In this document: in pieces, positions 48,327 to 62,738 of the stretch
Numbering within the stretch: position 1 is the first letter of the stretch
Layout of the letters: each line of letters opens with the position of its first letter
Assembly: GCA_010015805.1 (NCBI GenBank)
Contig: ML978126.1
Location: forward strand, 124,001-188,000
Source: Rhizodiscina lignyota
Taxonomy: Eukaryota
Reading direction: 5' to 3'
DNA length: 64,000 bases
Notes under the pieces: generated by a model
Seen by the model: the letters and a program-made list of their open reading frames with translations, nothing else
The model's database searches: none
Told to the model about the DNA's origin: nothing
Made by a program: the position numbers and the translations under genes

Positions 48327-50168
48327 ATGGACAAAGTCAATGAAGTCACGTACTCGAAAAACGAGACAGCGCGAGTTGATGATACTTCTAAGGATATCTA
48401 TGAACCGGAGCTGAAGAGCGACGAACTTTTCACGTTTGATAATGGGGCGACAGATGCTCTCGCAGAGCTGCCAGAGAAAGAGGCTAGAAGGATCCTCCGG
48501 AAAGTCGATTACCGGCTTGTCCCATTACTGGGGATCCTCTATCTTGTTGCATTCGTTGATCGGAGCAATAGTACGTCCAACTTGAAGGCCATGCTTTCAC
48601 GAGATTCCATCCTGACTCACATGCCTGTTCAGTCGGAAATGCAAAGGTTGCCGGTCTGACCGAAGACCTGCATATGAGCGGTCCAAACTACAACGTCGCG
48701 CTAACCGTGTTCTTCGTTTCTTATGGGTTCTTCGAAGTCCCGAGTAATATAGTGCTGAAGCTCGTGCGGCCTTCAATATGGATATCTATCCTGTTGTTCT
48801 TCTGGGGGCTCACAATGACGTTAGTATTGCTTGTATCCCGCATCGAAAACGGGATTCTTAACTAATATACACCACAGACTTATGGGGATAGTGCATAACT
48901 ACTCGGGACTTGTAGCAGCAAGGTTCTTTCTGGGCATGGCAGAGGTTGGAGCTATTTGTATAAGGAAATGGACATGTACTGACTTTGGCATCAGGCGGGA
49001 TTCTTTCCAGCTGCAACATATCTCCTGACAATATGGTATCGGCGGTACGAAGTCCAGAGGCGTATGGCTGTGTTCTATACCGCCGCTTCACTCTCCGGGG
49101 CCTTCTCAGGTCTACTTGCATTTGCAATTCAGAAGATGGAAGGCATCAGCGGCCTGCATGGCTGGCAATGGATCTTCATCCTCGAAGGTCTTGTCCCCGT
49201 TGCACTCTCTTTCGTGGTTTGGAGATTGCTGCCCGATTCGCCAGAAACGGCGCGCTTCTTGGAGAAGGAGGAGAAAGAGTTTATTATCAACCGACTCGCG
49301 CTGGAGACAGGATCTGGACGGGGGAGGGTTACGAATGCCGATAAGCTTAAGCTGCATCATGTTTCGGACGCGTTTAAAGAATGGAAGATATGGGCAATGG
49401 TTATAGTATTCTGGGGTAACACGATTTCGATCTACGGGTACGGACTCTTTCTATTTCTTGCTAAGAGAGAGGATTGACACTTTGCTAGATTCACCGCAAC
49501 TGTCCCAACAGTGATACAAGAGCTTGGGTATTCTGCAGCAAATGCACAACTTCTGTAAGTTTGTGATGCATCCAACCTGTGAGATATCTGCTAATCACTC
49601 ATCATCCCATAGAACGATTCCCATCTACCTCTTTGCCATGATCATCACCCTCATCTTCTCCTTCTGGTCCGATAAAGCCCAAGCCCGCTCTCCATTCATC
49701 ATCACCGGATTCTCCATTGCTGCCGCCGGATTCATCGTCCAACTCGCGATCCCAGAGCCCCATTTCCCCGGTCTCACTTATGGATTCTTGTTCCCTGTCG
49801 CCGTAGGATTCTACTCTCCCTTCATCTGTATCGTCTGCTGGATGGCGAACAATCTCGCACCGTCGTCAAAACGAGCAGTTGGCATGGGCCTATTGATATC
49901 GCTCGGCTCCTTTGGTGGAATCTGCGGCTCCAACATCTTCATCGCGAAGGAAGCGCCGCAGTACCCTGTCGGATTTGGTGTTTGCCTTGGGATTTCTGTT
50001 GCCGCGGTGCTGATGACCCTTTTTCTAAGGAGAGCGTATCAACTAGAAAACAGACGGAGGCGCAAAATGATAGACGAGCAAGGAGAGGAGGCAATTAGAG
50101 CGAGATACACGGATCAGGAGTTGCTCGACTTGGGTGATCGAAGCCCCTTTTTCATTTACACCCTTTGA
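48327..50168 (+). CDS. MFS transporter, allantoate/nicotinate (Dal5/Tna1) family, multi-exon
   Basis: RKVDYRLVP, AFVDRSN, FFEVPSN, GWQWIFILEG, LPDSPETARFL, NNLAPSSKRA, FIYTL end. Confidence 0.92.
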
Positions 50169-50914
50169 GATAGAAGACCACTCGACCTCGATAGGTCTCG
50201 TCGCAGAAGAAGAGCATCTTAGAGAAATACTTAACCAAGTTGGCCTGTTGTAGGGCGGAAGAGAAAGAGTGCCTCGATGTGTTGCAACGCCTGCCAAGCA
50301 CGCGTTCGCTTGGTTGCAATCCTTCTTTGATGGGTGGCCAACCAAGACTTGAGGCTTCCATCAGGAGTTTCTACGCTGACTCTGCCATCTGTGTCCATGC
50401 AGGTTCACTAGCAATAGGGATAAAAGGAAAAGTTTGTGAGACATCGCCGTAGTACGACCCGTCGAAGCAGTACAACTTGCCAACTACCTGATTTTTTTTT
50501 GGCGACACAGTCACGTAGTAACGTAGTGGATACCTCATAGTTAGTTTGAATCGCCTATGTATGCAAAGGTTTAAGAATATCGAGCAAACTGCCTTACAGA
50601 ATTGCTGGAATTCAAATACATAACCAGAATAAATTTAAGTGGATTGATTTCTTGCCACGCCTACCAAGAGATGGCTCTCCTTACGCCTGACAATGGAGTT
50701 CGAAAACAATTAGACTTGAGATAAGTTGTACTGAATCTGTTTGTGTCTTGAAAGCTGCGGCAGCATTGAAGATGAGGCGAAGAGAATCTAAGCAATTATC
50801 TAATCAGATCCAAAATTTCAAGTATCTGTCTTCTCCCGACTTCACAAAAACATCCGCTCATAGAACAATCACCAGTCAAGAGAGCTGCATTCCAACTCTG
50901 TGATAGCGCTGCCG

Positions 50915-51502
50915 ATGAACTTTTATTCCATCCTCGCCCTTCCCACACCATCTCCCTCCACGCCACCGCCGTCGTCGGACACTCTCAAGGAAGCGTACCG
51001 CCGTGCGCTGCTCAGACACCACCCGGACAAGTCAAATAGTTCGCCTCTCAAGCCCGCCTCTGCTCAGAACACGCCAAACCAGTCATCTCCGAAGCCAACG
51101 ATAGACGAAATAACACTCGCGTTCCGCACTCTGTCCTCGCCCAGCCTCCGCGCCGAGCACGACCGCGAACTACGTCTGCGCAAGGCCGTCGACGGCGCAG
51201 ATGGAGCAGAGGTCTTCCACACGGGTCTAGATACCGTCGACCTGGACGACCTCGAGTACGACGACGACGCGGAACTTTGGTATCGTGCGTGCCGGTGCGG
51301 GCAAGAGCGGGGCTTTGTGGTGGACGAGGCACAGCTCGAGAAGGCGGCGGAGAGGGGCGAAGGGGAAGTGCTGGTGGGGTGTAGAGGATGCAGTCTGTGG
51401 CTGAATGTGCTCTTCGGCGTCGTCGAAGAGACGGCGGGACAGGATGGTCAGCAGGCGCAGGAGAATGGGATCGGGCATGGGAAGGACGTTGAGAATGGTT
51501 GA
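50915..51502 (+). CDS. DPH4: Diphthamide biosynthesis protein 4 (J domain + CSL zinc finger)
   Basis: FYSIL..AYRRALLRHHPDK J domain followed by VDLDDL..CRCG..GCRGCSLWL. Confidence 0.92.
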   Translation: MNFYSILALPTPSPSTPPPSSDTLKEAYRRALLRHHPDKSNSSPLKPASAQNTPNQSSPKPTIDEITLAFRTLSSPSLRAEHDRELRLRKAVDGADGAEVFHTGLDTVDLDDLEYDDDAELWYRACRCGQERGFVVDEAQLEKAAERGEGEVLVGCRGCSLWLNVLFGVVEETAGQDGQQAQENGIGHGKDVENG

Positions 51503-51505
51503 TGA

Positions 51506-52080
51506 TTGGGAGAAATTATCTACTTGAAGCGAAGGTTTCCCACGCAGGGAAAGAATATTTGCCGTTTCTCGACACTACGCCTTTCAAGAACCAAGACTTT
51601 CTGAGCCTGCCTAGCAGAAGAATTCTGGTGGCTTTCTCGAATGTTAAGAAGCCAGCAAAAATTAGTGCTGGCAGAGGGTCCCAGGCGGCTTTCGAGAGCG
51701 TTCAGAAACCAGCGAAGATGAAAGGTGCAAAAGGGGGAAACCAGGCCATCAATTTATTCAGTGGCCAGTCCTATCCCAGAGCGAGCCCAACGCATTGGAA
51801 CTGCGAAAGCGCAGACTCATCTTAGAAAGATACGTTTCGTTGGAATGGTGTTATCTCAATAAGCACTGCCTAACATGTCGTACTGGACGTTCAACAATGC
51901 TCTCGCTCAAGTTGAAGAACAAAACCTCGATTGCGCTACACCCTCTCAACCTCCCTGAGAGCACGCGAAGAATGTGGAGAATAGTTGATAATAACATTTG
52001 GGAGAAATATCTACTCGAAGCGAAGATTTTCCTCCCAGAGAAAGAGTTTTGTTGCCGTTCCTCCACACTACGCCTTTACC
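51506..52080. repeat. Diverged direct repeat of about 80 bp, two copies about 490 bp apart
   Basis: TTGGGAGAAA(T)TATCTACTYGAAGCGAAG...TTGCCGTT...ACACTACGCCTTT at about 51506-51583 and about 51998-52077. Confidence 0.75.
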
Positions 52081-52401
52081 AGCCCAACCAGGAGACCGTG
52101 GCCGTTCAAGAATTTTATAGATCCTGTAGGATCTGGGTATCTTCCAGGCCCTCCCAGCCATCCAGAGAGATCCCGATTTTCAAAAGTTCGCCAAAATTAT
52201 ACAAGCACTCGCGGGCTATGCTAAAATACAACACGTATAAGGAGGCGATCCTTAAAGAACGCCGCCTCGGGCCGGCGTATTGCAGCGCTCCGTATATTTT
52301 GCGCCATGAACGGTAAAGGAGAGTCGTGAGATCGTCATTATGTAGGCCGTTAACGCTTACTCTCTGAAAAGACGGAAAAGAGTCGACAAAAAGCGGGGTC
52401 A

Positions 52402-55189
52402 TCAAGTTGGCGGCCAGAAGGAGAGCAAGAAGCTTGCCTGCAGGCGCGCCGTGTATTTGAGTTGGTTGTCAGAAGAGATACGTTCGCGCGCACGTTCGCG
52501 GAGGAATTCGCCTGTACGGTGTTCAGCAAACAATGCCAAATATGAACTACGATATACTCACCCTTTGCCGCCGTTACGTTGGCAACAGCGTTGATGAAGT
52601 CGAAAGCGCGCTCGCCCAGTTGCTCCCTCATTCCTGGCTTCGTGCGATCGCGGAGCGGATTGAACTTTTGATGGTACTTGAGCCTGAATAGCTTCGCAAT
52701 GAAGTCGAACCGCTCGTCGATTACCTCACACGCCTGCTCACCCACTCTCTTCGCCTCGTGAGGGCTTATATTCCCTTCGTCCACCTCCGTCGCGAGGATC
52801 AGATGGATGAGTTGTTGGCTCTGCTCGTGCGCCACCGCCAAGCCCAGTATCGCACAGAAAGCTGCCGTCCAACGCTCGTGGCGTCTGCTGCTCTTAAGGT
52901 ACTGTGACAGCTGCTTGAGGATGCGCTCCATAAGGCGGTCGCGTAGCGTCGAAAAGATGTGCTTGAGCTGACGGTTTGCTAGCTTCGGCCCGCAATGCTT
53001 CTGATACATGTGTTTATTGGCGCACTGCATTTGCGAGAGGGTGTTCATACGGCGCGACTCAGCGATGGTGACTGCATGCGAGAGGCAGTAGGTTACGATT
53101 AGGAGTCGGAAGACGTCGCGGAGGAGTTTTGTCTGTGGATGATCAGCTGAAGTTGAAGGCGAAACCGTCTGCAACGGAAAGACCCCGGAGATGGGGTATT
53201 CGTCGGTCGTAGAGGATGGAGTGTGACAGACCTCTTCAGCAGGGCTCCGGCAGAAATCTGCCATGAGCGAGAGCAAGCGCTTCGGGAATTCGTCCTCGCT
53301 CTTTGAGTAGAATCGCGGAACAAAAATATGTAGCCAATTGTTCACGATATCGTCGACCTCTTGGTTGAACTTTTGTGAGTCGTGTCCGTTAATCATCTCC
53401 ATGCCGAGAGGTGGGGATAGCATCTTCTCAATGTCGGACGTATTCGTGACCCAGTCGCTCACACCCAGTACTGAATGACGAATGACCTCGTCCCTGGGCG
53501 CGAATTCGTACATCTCAACCTCAATTGGTGCAAAGCCCCATATGAGTTTGCACGGCACAATGATAGCCTTCTTGTGCCAGTAGCCGATGTGTGCGCGCGC
53601 AAAATCCTCAACTGCCTTCTTTTCGTACATAGCGGTTATGATTTCTGAGTATCTGTTAGATCATGCTTCCCACAATGAGCAGATTGAGTCGTACTAGGGA
53701 CAAAAATGTCCTTAAGGTCTTGAAGCTTTGTGCGATCGCATCCCAACGTTACATCGGCATGAGGACGAGATGATCGGCGATGGCAACGCTGGCAGATATC
53801 ACCCCCAGAGCACTAGAGAATCAATGTTAACTAAATTCATGAAAATAGCGGTGCGCGGAAGCAAATAGTACTCCATGGCGGGCACCTTACTTCATCGCGT
53901 TGCAAAGAGCAGACCCAGCACGCGCCATCCTCGCGCCGCTCCTTGATCTTGTTCGCCTTTTCTGAGTCAAACTTGTGACCGAGCTGCCTTCCGCCAACGC
54001 GCCTATTTTGGGGAGGTCTCTGAGGACCATGCGGCCGTGATGGAGTCGGAGCAGTGGCGGAAGGAGCATATGGCTCGAATCGATATTGTCTGTTCCGTGA
54101 GATAGTTGTCGCAGGCGCTTCTTCTTGCTTGATGACAACCGGTGGCGTGATGCTCTTTTGTGGCAACCTATGAGCAGTGCCGACATCATCACTAGGATCT
54201 GCATGCGGCCTGGATGGACCTATGTCAGAGCTGCCCAGCGAACGCGGAAACGACATTGTCCGTTCTAGCTCAAAGCCGCCAGTGTGGATGGTTAGAAGGT
54301 CTGGGTTGTAGCTTGGCTGTTCGTCGGCGAAAGAGCCTGCGTAGCTAGGCACTGGTACTGGCCATTGTGGTTGGTTCATAGGACTATCACGGGTCCCTGG
54401 GGAGATAGACTGTTCCGTACCAACAGGTCCCGTGCTGGGTTGCGCAGCGTAGTGCGCAAAGGGGTTGTCGAAGGAGGGATATTCAGGAGCAAATAGGAGG
54501 GCGCCAGCGTCGGCAGAGAATGGAGCTCTAGAGGCCTGGCCGGCCCACGAGTCTTGAAGAGATAGGGTATCGTTGGAGACATTGTATCCCATTTGACTTG
54601 GGTACCTCGGGCCAGCATGGCGAGGCGCTGTTGAGGGATATGCGGGAGCGGTTGTATTGAGCGGTTGGAGTTGCACTTGAGCCGTGGTAAACGCAAACAT
54701 GTCTGCAAGTGTCTGTTGATCCATTGAAGATGGTTGAGCCGGCGGAACGGTGAACAGGGTGTGAGATGTGAATCGATCTTCCGGCGACGACGTGAACGGA
54801 CTGAGCATCTGGCCGCCGCTATGGACCGCCGACGACATGGACGACTGAATCGAAAAGGTTCGGGGGGCGCGCTGTGTGGCATCATGACGGCTGTGACTTG
54901 ATTCACCTGAGACAGAGCGCGGATTGTTGTATGGCGAGTGCGGCGACGACGGTATCAACTGCCAATCGCGCATAATATCAGAGCTGTTGGGAGTAAGGTC
55001 GAGGTCGTCGAAGTTAAGATTAACGTATGAGCTTGGAGATGCGCCGCAGATCTCTTCAAAGGAGCCCGCCGACAGAAGGCTTCGCACATCATGCTCTCTC
55101 TCATTCGAATGGGTGTCAATTCTCATCCTCGAGCGGAGTACATCATGGACACCTCCATTTGACGCGGGAGAGGCACAAGCGGCGCTCAT
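52402..55189 (-). CDS. Zn(II)2Cys6-like transcription factor, multi-exon
   Basis: Spliced ACWVCSLQRDEC-SGGDI-CQRC...LGCDRTKL after a long disordered N-terminus. Helical C-terminal domain (PKLANRQLK). Final exon ends SFWPPT*. True start uncertain. Confidence 0.78.
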
Positions 55190-56541
55190 ATCCAGTAGGT
55201 ATCAGGCGTATCGGCGGCACAAGGTTTCCGCAAGACTAGGTGCGAAAGAAGAGAGGAACAGAGGAATCTCAGATGGCGCACACACTCAAATCAAGACTGC
55301 CAGGCCATGATCTTTCAAAATGGCGGCTGACACGAGGCCGCCAGGATGGAGCAAACAGTATTCTAAGGCACGAACAAGCGACGCAAGGAAGCCAGGGCGG
55401 ACGGCCGCTATTAATCAGGCAACAAAGAAAAGCCGAAATTTGACACGCAGCTGGCCGCTGCACGACATGAGAAATGACCCGACCTGGAAGCGATTGAAGC
55501 GTGTAGCGCAGACTGGGGGAAGGAGTCTTCACTCAAACTCGCTGTGCTCCCCACCTTGCCAAAGCGAGCACCGGTGAACAACCCCAAGCATGCGGGCCGG
55601 CACACGGCGGCTGGCCCAAGCTGCCACGAAGGTAGCATGCCACATCCCTACTGGGCGCGTCGGCGCTGGCATCTCACTGGTCCGCAACGGTCGCGAGTGA
55701 GGCTCAGTGCAGCTTTCGTCCTGAGGCGTCGAGTCTGGCGGGGCGGTGCTCGCACGCTTTCACCGCCAGACGTGGAGCTGCTCGTCTCATATCAACCATG
55801 TGTTTCCCATGGCATTCGAGAGCGACATGCGCGAAAGTAGCGGAGTGCGCCGACGCTGCACCCCCGCCTACTCGCGGCTTTGCATCATCCAAGTGCGTCT
55901 CGCCGTTTCCGTGCACTTGCTAACGTAGCTCTGCATGCTCCAGCGACTGACCGGTCTTCGGAATGAGGCTCTGCTATCTGGAAAGACGGCTCGCGAGTCG
56001 CGAGGAGGAATTCGAAAACTGCCTTGCACGTGAGCAGAACGGAGGAGATAATTTCCCGGAGAGTGGACGAGGCTCAAATGGCTTGACCCTAACGTGGCCG
56101 GGCGTGCGTGAAGAAAAGAGGGACGGACAGAGGTGGCACGGCTCGGGCTTCGCTTCAATACATATCAACGGCCAAAAGACTCGCATAGACCGACGATGGC
56201 AAAACACACATCAATTGCCTTTTCTCCTCGTCCAAGCTTGATGGTGACATGTTTCGAGTGCCTTCCTTGACAGCGAATTGCCATGGAAGACTGTAGGGGT
56301 GCCGATGTTCGGCGACGTCATAATCGACCAGCAAGCACAGCTTTCTCCACATTGACCACAACGCGGAGCAGCAGGTTTCTGACGCGTATTCATCACCTTC
56401 AAAAATGCCAATGACCTTTTCACAACTCTCCTCACCTGTCTTCTACAGCCACTTGGCCTCTCTCTGAACCATTACTGGCTGCTTCTATTTCTGCAACTCT
56501 CACACAGATCTGCTACTTCAATCAAGTACTTACAAACTAAC

Positions 56542-59500
56542 ATGGAAGGCCAAGAAGATGTGGAGGAATCCCGACGCAAATACAAGGCTCCGTATACCCA
56601 AAAGCACCCAATTCCTACGGTCCAGCATTATCGCGAGGAGAAAGCACGGCGGAGGGCTGATTCCGGAGAGGAAGGACGTGGTGAGGAAGATGACGTCGGC
56701 CCAAGCAAGACACGCACTGTCATTGAAACATACCAGAAGATCCGACACGGTATAGTCGGTGGCGACAGAGGAGATGGACGAGAAGAATACCCCGCCGTCA
56801 ATCAGAATGCGGCTGGGCAGGCAGAAGCTGGGGATGCGGAGGAGGAGGATGGTGACATGCCTACACCTCCGCCCCACGGCGAAGAACGTGAGGACGAGGG
56901 GGATGAACAGGACGAAGAAGACAAGCCCGATCCTCAGCAGGCTGGCCCCGACTCCTCTGCAGAGGTGAAGGACACTTCTGAGACCGTGTCGAACCCCGAC
57001 CCCAAAGCCCGACGAAAGGAGGCCAAACACTCCAAGGACAGCCGTGCCGAGCGCGAGGTGACAGATCCCGTCACTCATCTCCCCGTTATGATCCACGATT
57101 TCACTGGCAAGGACCTGAAACGCGTGCCTTCGAACGAGAAAACACCTGGCAGCACACTGCGCAGCGCGACGGGGCTGAGTGCCAAGGGGAAGGATGAGAA
57201 ACAATTGGCAGAGGAAGAGAGTGAGGGGAAGGGTGTGCACGAAGGCATGGAACGCTTGTTCCCGCCGCCAGACTGGGAAAGCGCAAAAGAGGAGCTGACC
57301 AGGATATTCTCCCTGGCTTCGACGGCCGGAATGTTGGTGGTTTTTGGGGCGATGCTCGCGGCGTACCCGCTGCAGGAGGTCTTTGGATTCCCACATAGCA
57401 TCAAGAATACCTGGATTCGACGCGCATATAAAGTGCTATATCCACTGGTGGCGATTGGCCTCGGATGGGTAGCGAATACAGCCGTGAAAGGATGGGCTGC
57501 ATACAAGATGAAAGATGTTTGGGATAATGAGGTCTGGGAGGCAGAGCGACGACAAGGAAGGAAGTTTGCGGAAAGTCAGACGCCAGAGAGCACGCAGTGG
57601 TTGAACTCGCTGTTTGCGAGCATCTGGCCGTTGATCAACCCAGACTTATTTACCAGTCTAGCGGACACATTGGAGGACGTGATGCAAGCGTCTCTTCCGA
57701 AGATGGTGCGTATGGTCAGCGTTGAAGACATCGGACAAGGAAGTGAAGCACTTCGAATTCTCGGAGTGAGATGGCTGCCGACAGGAGCAGCTGCGAGGAG
57801 CGTCACAGCGGAAGGAAAACTCAAAAAGCCAGATGATTCCCAGAATAACGATCGAAGCGTACCAGGACAAGGCGAGATAGATGAAACGGGGAAGGACACT
57901 AAAGATCAGAGTGACGGAGAGAACAAAGAGCAAGGGCAGGCTGATGAGCAAGAGGAACAAAATGTTGACGAAGGTATGGAAGCTGAAGAGGGTGACTTCG
58001 TCAATATGGAGATTGCTTTCGCCTATCGCTCTCGCGCGGCTAGCGGATTTGGCATGAAAAGTAAATCCAAGAATGCGCACTTATATCTTGGGTTTTATTT
58101 GCCCGCAAACATCAAATGTCGTAAGTTGAAGTCAATTCTGCCGTTATAGTATCTCTTATGCTTACTTCAACGCCACAGCTGTTTGGGTCGAACTTCGTGG
58201 CATTGTTGGAGTCGTTCGACTACGGCTGCAACTGACACCCGATCCACCGTTCTTCTCCTTGGTTACATTAACCTTCCTAGGCCAGCCGAAGGTAGATTTG
58301 TCCTGCATACCCCTGAGCAAGCATTCTCTGAACATCATGGACTTTCCGGTAATCTCCAACTTCGTGCAAAGCGCCGTCGACGCGGCAATGGCCGAGTACG
58401 TCGCCCCGAAGAGCTTGACGCTGGATTTGAAAGACATGCTAGTAGGTGACGACTTTAAGAAAGATACAATTGCGCGTGGTGTCATCGTCGTGCGCATCAA
58501 AAGGGCATTTGACTTCAAGGAGGGGGATGCTGGGATCGGTCCCTTTAAGGATGGAAGCGCAGATCCGTACGTCTCCGTCGGATGGGCCAAGTTTGGGAAA
58601 CCAGTGTGGTCGACGAGAGTCATTCTGTCCGACATGCATCCGCATTGGGAAGAAACTGCCTTTGTCCTTGTGACACCCCAGGAGCTGAATGTTGATGAGA
58701 GACTGAGAGTGCAGCTATGGGACTCTGATCGAACAACCGCAGATGACGATTTGGGCCGCATCGAAGTCGATATCAAGGAGCTTATGAAAGGCAAAGAATC
58801 CAGCGGGAAAATGTGGGATAGAGTGGATGGCTTCAGGGCATTAAAAGCAGGACAAGATATGCCGGGGAAGTTGGAGTGGAGCGTGGGGTACTATTCGAAG
58901 ACCAGAGTCTCAGACGAGCAAATGGCACAACAGACAGAAGACCCTGACATCAATACTGTAGAGCAACTCAAAGAGAAGGTGAACGAGCAGGCTGAGCAGA
59001 AGCTGAGGGAGGCAAAGAAGGATGAATCCCGAGAGATTGAGCAGCAGAAAGCTCAGGACTTCAAGGTCTGTCGTTCATTTTATTCCCTTAAGCCCGACAC
59101 TGATGAGACATGTAGATGCGAGAGGACCAGATGGTCATCAGCTCACCTCCTCTGGAGGAATATCCGTGTGGCATCCTTTCAATTCAGGTTCATCAGATCA
59201 CGGGTCTGGAACTTGAGGCAATCAACAAGAACGAGACAAGTAAGAAGGAAGACGCAAGCGACGAGATGGAAGAGGGCGACGACCTGCCCTCGGCATACTG
59301 TACCATCATCCTCAACCACCAGAAGATCTTCCGAACACGCACGAAACCGAAAAACTCCAAGCCGTTCTTCAATGCTGGCACTGAGAAGTTCATCCGTGAC
59401 TGGCGGAACACGGAGATTCATCTTGCTGTGCGTGACGCGCGAGTGCATGAAGATGATCCGCTTCTCGGCATCGTTTACCTTCCACTGGGCAAATTGTTCT

Positions 59501-60411
59501 CTAAGCGATCTCAAGTCAACCATTTCTTCCCTCTATCTGGTGGCATTGGATATGGTCGCGTCCGTCTCTCGATCGTATTCCGCTCGGTCCAGCTCCAGTT
59601 GCCAAAGAATATGCTTGGCTGGGATTACGGGACGCTCGAGATAATGCCTGAAATCAAGGCGCTGGACCTGCCGGCGGATTTGAAGAAACTGAGGTTGAAG
59701 ATCAGAACGAATATAGCCCATGGGAAAGCGTACGCTGAATCAGAACTTGGCGAGGAGGGAACTCCAGGTTTCAAAACGAAGAACGACACGTCTTTGAAGC
59801 TACCGGTGCGCAAGCGGTACAGCAGCGCCATGGTAGTCGAGTTTCGCAGCTCAAACAAAATGATGGATAAGAGCCCCGCGTTCGGAGTATTGTGGCTCAA
59901 AGATATTCCTGACGAAGAGGAGTACTCTGTTAAATTGCCGATTTGGAAGGGTGACCTGAAGCGCGCTGAAGCAAATTGCCTGGAGGAGTATGGCGACCGC
60001 GTTGGAGAGGTTGAAATGAAGCTCAAGTTCTGGGACGGCTTGAGTGGTTACCATTCGGGCCTCGCGAGCAAGGACGCCAATCTTGCGGACATTATGGAGG
60101 TGCTCGACACTACGTTTGACAATGACGACGACGTTGACGAGGTAGAAGGATCGAGGGAAGCTGCAGATGGCAGCAGCAGTAGCAGCGACGATGAGGAGCG
60201 GTCGGAAGATGGAAAAAGAGGCACGGTCGGACAGATCAAAGACTACAAGAAGGATGCGAAGCAGTTGCATCGGCGTAACAGAGGGCTGATGCAATGGAAA
60301 GCTCCGAGGACAGCCAATTGGATGATGAACAAGGTTGAACATGGCGAAGATCGGCTGACGGGACTGTTCAAGCACCGTTCGCGCGAGAGTGGTATCGAGA
60401 CCGAGGTGTAA
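56542..60411 (+). CDS. SMP/C2-domain membrane protein, Mug190-like
   Basis: VTDPVTHLPV, TM hairpin, PESTQWLN..WPLINPDLF, QLTPDPPF, C2 domains (DPYV, WDSDRTTADDDLG), GIETEV end. Introns near 58.1 and 59.1 kb. Confidence 0.88.
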
Positions 60412-60881
60412 TGGGCTACTGAGATACACGTGGGTGAGGAGACAGGATCTGGGGGAAAAGTTAATGCCAATCGGTACTATGTTGCCAATCAGCGAATAAT
60501 AATCATGCCACAAGCTATTGTTGAGCGATTGTCTGACTCCGTAACTCTTGCAATCCGACGAAAACGAGGATGTGACGCATATCTGCAGGAGGTGGCGGAT
60601 ATCACCCACTCAAGACGTTCAATTTAAGCTTCCACCACGTGAACTCGCGTGGTTAGCGCGATGAGGCGCGACGCCGCTTCACTAATACGCGAAACCCCTC
60701 ACTCTAGCACCTGCAAGATATCGCATTTCGCATTTTGCTGCCTGGGCCATCAGCATCAACTACCTCGTTGCTGCGTATATAGTTGGCTTAATTCCAGTAG
60801 AGAATGGACACCATCAGACAAGTCGAGTATCAATTGAACAACCAGATTAAGCAACCAGGCTAAGAACTGCTTTACCGTACA

Positions 60882-61504
60882 ATGGCCACCGACAAACCTT
60901 GGATTGGCACACCATGCTGGATCGAGATTCCGGCGGTGGACCTTGAGCGATGCAAGGTATGATTGTTTAGTCCACGATGGCTAGCAATATGACTGACTCG
61001 GAACAGGATTTCTACCTTGAGCTATTCGAGGCATGGGATCTCAAGTCGACTCCGGCTCCCAAAGATAGTGATGCCCCTACTATGGCGATGTACCAATTCA
61101 AGAGTTACAAGAGTAGGCGAAGCACATATCTTGCGGTATCGAGCGTAGCTCAAGCTAACCTTCTCATCGAGCAGCGCCTTTCCTGAGCGGCGGCATCATG
61201 AAGATTGATTCCTCCTGCAAAGGGGAGCAACAGAAGAACGGCAATGGCATGACGGTCTACTATCTTGTAGACAACCTCGAGAAGGTACTCGACTCTGTAT
61301 CCTTGAAGACTTGTCATTTTTGCTAACGTACATTAACGCCAGACCGAGGAACGTATCATCCAGCTCGGCGGTAAGAAATATATGGGAAGGACGCCGACGG
61401 GGAAAGAAGGTGCTTTTGCAAAGTGCCATGACACTGAAGGGAATTTGTTTGGGATTTATGAAGTGAGCAACCAGCAGCAAGCAATTGATGCGCTGGGATC
61501 GTAA
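60882..61504 (+). CDS. Glyoxalase/bleomycin-resistance (VOC) family protein, 4 exons
   Basis: Spliced GTPCWIEIPAVDLERCK|DFYLELF..GGIMKI..TVYYLVDNLEK|..LGGK..DTEGNLFGIYE. Mostly missed by the ORF track. Confidence 0.85.
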
Positions 61505-61780
61505 TGGGGATGAACTTCCAAACCTCATGATATGTGCTGTTGCATCGTGCATATGCAAGAACCAATCAAAGCCACAACCACTTGCTTCATCAGAATTGAA
61601 AGATTGCATTTTGGTTTCGTGATGTGCCCACTTTCACCGTCTTTTCCACTCATCGAAGTGGAGCCGCCGGCGTCCGTCACCGTAGACGCTTCGCCAATCG
61701 GTCGGTCATCCATAGTACAATTTGCGTCGGACCTTTTCAATTGCACTTGGCTGAGAGATTTGACTGACAGAGTCATGATA

Positions 61781-62738
61781 TCAAGAACAGCGCTCGTCCT
61801 TGTCATGCTTGTGATACCTTTCGCAGAAGCCTGAGCGAGACCAGTACGGAGTCTTCATTTTCTTGCTGGTCCAAGGGTAGAAGCCCAATCGAGCGGGACG
61901 GCAGTCTGTATACGCTCTGCGATATGTGGTCGCCATGCGTTGCCAGAAGAGAGCGCCCATGGTCTCTGTAACCAACTCCTTGAATAATTCTGTTGATTTG
62001 CTCAATTGGTGGCTATCCAAATAGCCCTCCACCAGAGAGTCAATGTACTTGCAGAATGGTTGTGCACGAGGCAGTTCTTGAAAAGCTGACTTAATAATGC
62101 AGAGAGCAGGTAACCACAAATTATCCCTGAAATTATCGTGAAGGGCGTCCACCACGGCGTTTCTGAGCAGTGGGACATCGCACTTGTCTGCCAGAATGGC
62201 AAGCTGTACCAATCTTAACTCGAATCTGTCCACCGGATGCGCTCGTAGACGCTTGATAGTTTGCGCACGAGAGTGATCGTCCATCAGTGATAAGGGCTTT
62301 CCGTCGGCACCGACAAACTCGAAGTTGGGATCTTCACCCATATCATCTGTATCCGCACAATTGCACGCATTTTCCAAGGAACCGTCGATGTCCTTTTCTT
62401 CTTTCCATGCCTCGATATCGAGTTTCTGTTTGTAGAGCCAAGCCACGAAAATCTCGAACGTCTCAGTCTCCACATCCGGCAGGTTGGACTTTTTCTCTTC
62501 GGCTTCCTTGAAGTTACCTCCGAAGGCGGCCTTGAAATATTTCGAGTAGTGACAGATAAGGTCTTTGTGGACGACAAACGCTTTCTTCTCCGAGCCCACT
62601 GTGATGGTAACCATAGTGGAAAAAAGAAGAGTTCTGCTCAGAGTGGTAGTTAGTATCAATAAAGGCTCAATTGGGCAAATGGTAGGCGTACATCGATGGC
62701 CGTGGATGAGAGCCTTCGCCTTTCTTGGTTGGCACCAT
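61781..62738 (-). CDS. BTB/POZ domain protein
   Basis: VTITVGSEKKAFVVHKDLICHYSKYFKAAFGGNFKEA..LPDV..FEIFVAWLY, then LADK. Short first exon from ATG 62738 splices in frame. Confidence 0.88.

Noticed and set aside
55200..56500. Many short overlapping ORFs in a GC-rich region
   Set aside because: Consistent with a divergent promoter or long UTRs; none shows coding signatures.
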